Positions 22,131 through 24,000 of a stretch of 24,000 nucleotides of DNA are shown here, in pieces (the stretch's first letter is position 1; each line of letters begins with the position of its first letter). Origin of the DNA: Campylobacter sp. RM5004 (GTDB lineage: Bacteria; Campylobacterota; Campylobacteria; Campylobacterales; Campylobacteraceae). The notes under the pieces are model-generated. The model ran no database searches, had not been told where the DNA came from, and saw only the letters and a program-made list of their open reading frames with translations. The stretch spans positions 66,409 to 90,408 of the forward strand of contig NZ_CP059599.1 in the NCBI RefSeq assembly GCF_022369455.1, in the 5' to 3' direction. A program made the translations under genes and the position numbers.

Positions 22131-24000
22131 ATGCCTATAAGTTTTACAGATAATGAAAGAAAAGAATTTCAAAGCGGAATAAATGCTTTTATTAGCGAAA
22201 TAAATAAATGTCTTAAAAATAAAAACAAATCAACCAAAGGCTTTAGCGTTAATAATATTAAGCCATTTTTTAATTTCTTTGAAAATAGTTATGAATATAG
22301 CATAGGTAGCGGTAGTGGGACTTTGGCTGATACTTGTTGGATTATTTTTGTTAGAAAAGAGCTTTTAAGTGATGAGCTTATAAATACTAGCAAGGTTAGT
22401 CCTAGATATGGTGTTTATGTTTATTTCGGGTATTCTCACTCTTTAAAAGAAGGTTTTAAATATCGTTTAGCATTTGGATTTCCAAAACATGATATTGAAA
22501 ACGCAAGGTGCAAAGCCGTTGATGAAATGGAGCGAAGTGGCAAACTAACTGAGCTTGATTTTACTTATGACAAACTAGATTTAGAGCAAATTACAGATGA
22601 TTTTATAAAGCTTTTAGAATATTATGAGAGTTTTAGCAAAGATGATTTTATCCCAAAAAATCCTAAAAATAACGATGATTTTTATGAGTGGCTTAGTAAA
22701 AATGCAAGGCAAGATAACGGAGAGTTTTACTCAGATGAGAGCAAGAAAAACGAAAGCTCAAAGACAAATACCCTAAAAACTTTGATTAAAAATAAAAGCT
22801 TAAAAGATTTGGCAAATTATATAAAAAGTGATGATTTTATAAGTATTCAAGATAGTAGAAAAGGTAGAGATTTTGTCTATACAGCAAGGATTTACGCTGA
22901 TTATTTAAATGAAAAATATTATAAGCAAAACAAAGCTCCAAGCGAAGAAGAACAAGAGCAAAGATTTGCTTTTTGGTTAGAAGTTCGCTTAAGAGATAGC
23001 AAGGATTATTTAAAGCTAATTGATGATTTTAAAAGCTCGTTTTTGGCTAAATATCAAAGAAATATTTTTAGTATTTTAGAGTTAAACGAGTTAATAAACA
23101 TAATCGGCAAAAATACCTACAACGACTACATAGCAAGCAAAAGCGACGCTAAAAGAACTATGAAAGAGTTTATTAGATTTTTGATAAAAGACTACTCAAG
23201 CGATGCTAAAAATATATTTTTACAAGATGAGCCAAAGCAAAACCCTAAAAATATCCCACTAAATCAGATTTTATATGGAGCGCCTGGGGTTGGTAAGACT
23301 TACAATACCATAAATATAGCTTTAGAGATTTTGGGCGAAGATTTTTCAACTCAAACAAACGAAATTTACACAAGAAAAGCAATGCAAGAAAGGTTTAAAG
23401 ACTATGTAAAAAACGGACAAATAGTATTTACAACCTTTCATCAAAGCTATGGGTATGAAGAATTTGTAGAAGGAATTAGACCTGATTTTGATAACGATGA
23501 GCTAAGATATGTGATAGCTGATGGCGTGTTTAAGGATTTGTGTAAAAAAGCTAAGCAAAATTATATAAATTACTCTACTCCAAATGAGCTAGATTTTGAC
23601 AAGCTGATAAATTATTTTGCTGAGTATGTAAAGAGCGAGTTTTTAGACCAAAACAAGGAGTTTTTGCTAGAAAAGGGCGTAAATATTCATAGTATTTTTT
23701 ATGATAAAGACGGCGAGTGTCGTTCGTTTGAGCTAGGTGGCACTACTCAAAGCGGACAAAGATTAACCCTTGATATAATCAAGCGTGATTATGAAGAATT
23801 TAAAATAGGAAATATAAAAAGCTACAAAGATATAAAGCCAAAGTTTGAAAGCAAAAGCATTCATCATGGTAATGCGGGGTATTATTTTATGCTTTATAAA
23901 AAGCTTTTTGAGTTTGAGAAAAAAGATGATTATAAAAACCAAAAAGAAGATTTAAAGCCATATATAATCATCATTGATGAGATAAATCGTGGGAATATTA
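22131..24000 (+). CDS. mcrB: McrB-family AAA+ GTPase (Type IV restriction, B subunit-like), 3'-truncated by the window end
   Basis: The frame is open from the ATG at 22131 (RBS AAGGGA) to the window end, which I checked codon by codon. It is absent from the ORF track, presumably because it has no stop. Walker A is LYGAPGVGKTY (23277-23300). The McrB signature is VFTTFHQSYGYEEFVEGIRP. Walker B is IIIIDEINRGN (DEINR at 23976-23990). The N-terminus (GSGSGTLADTCWIIFVRKE, GVYVYFGYS) resembles the MrcB_N/DUF3578 DNA-binding domain. Confidence 0.8.
   Translation, partial: MPISFTDNERKEFQSGINAFISEINKCLKNKNKSTKGFSVNNIKPFFNFFENSYEYSIGSGSGTLADTCWIIFVRKELLSDELINTSKVSPRYGVYVYFGYSHSLKEGFKYRLAFGFPKHDIENARCKAVDEMERSGKLTELDFTYDKLDLEQITDDFIKLLEYYESFSKDDFIPKNPKNNDDFYEWLSKNARQDNGEFYSDESKKNESSKTNTLKTLIKNKSLKDLANYIKSDDFISIQDSRKGRDFVYTARIYADYLNEKYYKQNKAPSEEEQEQRFAFWLEVRLRDSKDYLKLIDDFKSSFLAKYQRNIFSILELNELINIIGKNTYNDYIASKSDAKRTMKEFIRFLIKDYSSDAKNIFLQDEPKQNPKNIPLNQILYGAPGVGKTYNTINIALEILGEDFSTQTNEIYTRKAMQERFKDYVKNGQIVFTTFHQSYGYEEFVEGIRPDFDNDELRYVIADGVFKDLCKKAKQNYINYSTPNELDFDKLINYFAEYVKSEFLDQNKEFLLEKGVNIHSIFYDKDGECRSFELGGTTQSGQRLTLDIIKRDYEEFKIGNIKSYKDIKPKFESKSIHHGNAGYYFMLYKKLFEFEKKDDYKNQKEDLKPYIIIIDEINRGNI

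Noticed and set aside
1-24000. Mobile-element genes, tRNA/rRNA genes or att sites that would define the island borders
   Set aside because: I recognised no integrase, transposase or relaxase motifs, no tRNA-like cloverleaf and no long terminal direct repeats. The island borders probably lie outside this window.

Overview
This AT-rich bacterial window is essentially one long defence island, with all genes but one on the + strand. Composition, AAGGA-type RBSs and codon usage look Campylobacter-like to me, but the organism cannot be established from the sequence alone.

Gene order:
- ICMT-family membrane methyltransferase (18-503).
- KAP-family P-loop NTPase with membrane helices (697-2640).
- Type I R-M locus A: frameshifted hsdM (2754-4366), intact hsdS (4363-5502), an inserted single-gene cassette encoding a GHKL ATPase fused to a PD-(D/E)xK nuclease (5850-7787), a 737-bp gene-free repeat array, and a frameshifted hsdR (8525-11399).
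- Polytopic membrane protein (11678-12643).
- Type I R-M locus B, apparently intact: hsdM (12731-14236), an AlbA_2/HATPase_c_4-type protein (14245-15696), hsdS (15915-17114), a small two-TM protein translationally coupled between hsdS and hsdR (17111-17689), and hsdR (17691-20786).
- An inverted, nonsense-interrupted paralogue of the membrane protein (20948-22039, - strand).
- The 5' 1.87 kb of a McrB-family GTPase gene (22131 to the window end).

I recognised no rRNA, tRNA, CRISPR array, transposase or integrase.

The most unusual signals are:
1. The GHKL-nuclease fusion gene, a candidate stand-alone defence gene.
2. A two-part ~50-bp repeat (A = AAACAAACGAAATTCCGAATTCAAATTC, B = AAAATACACGAAATAAATTC) that sits at almost every module junction in both orientations.
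3. Passenger genes embedded in both hsd operons.
4. Divergent paralogous membrane-protein genes bracketing locus B in inverted orientation.

All domain calls rest on motif recognition by eye, not on database searches.
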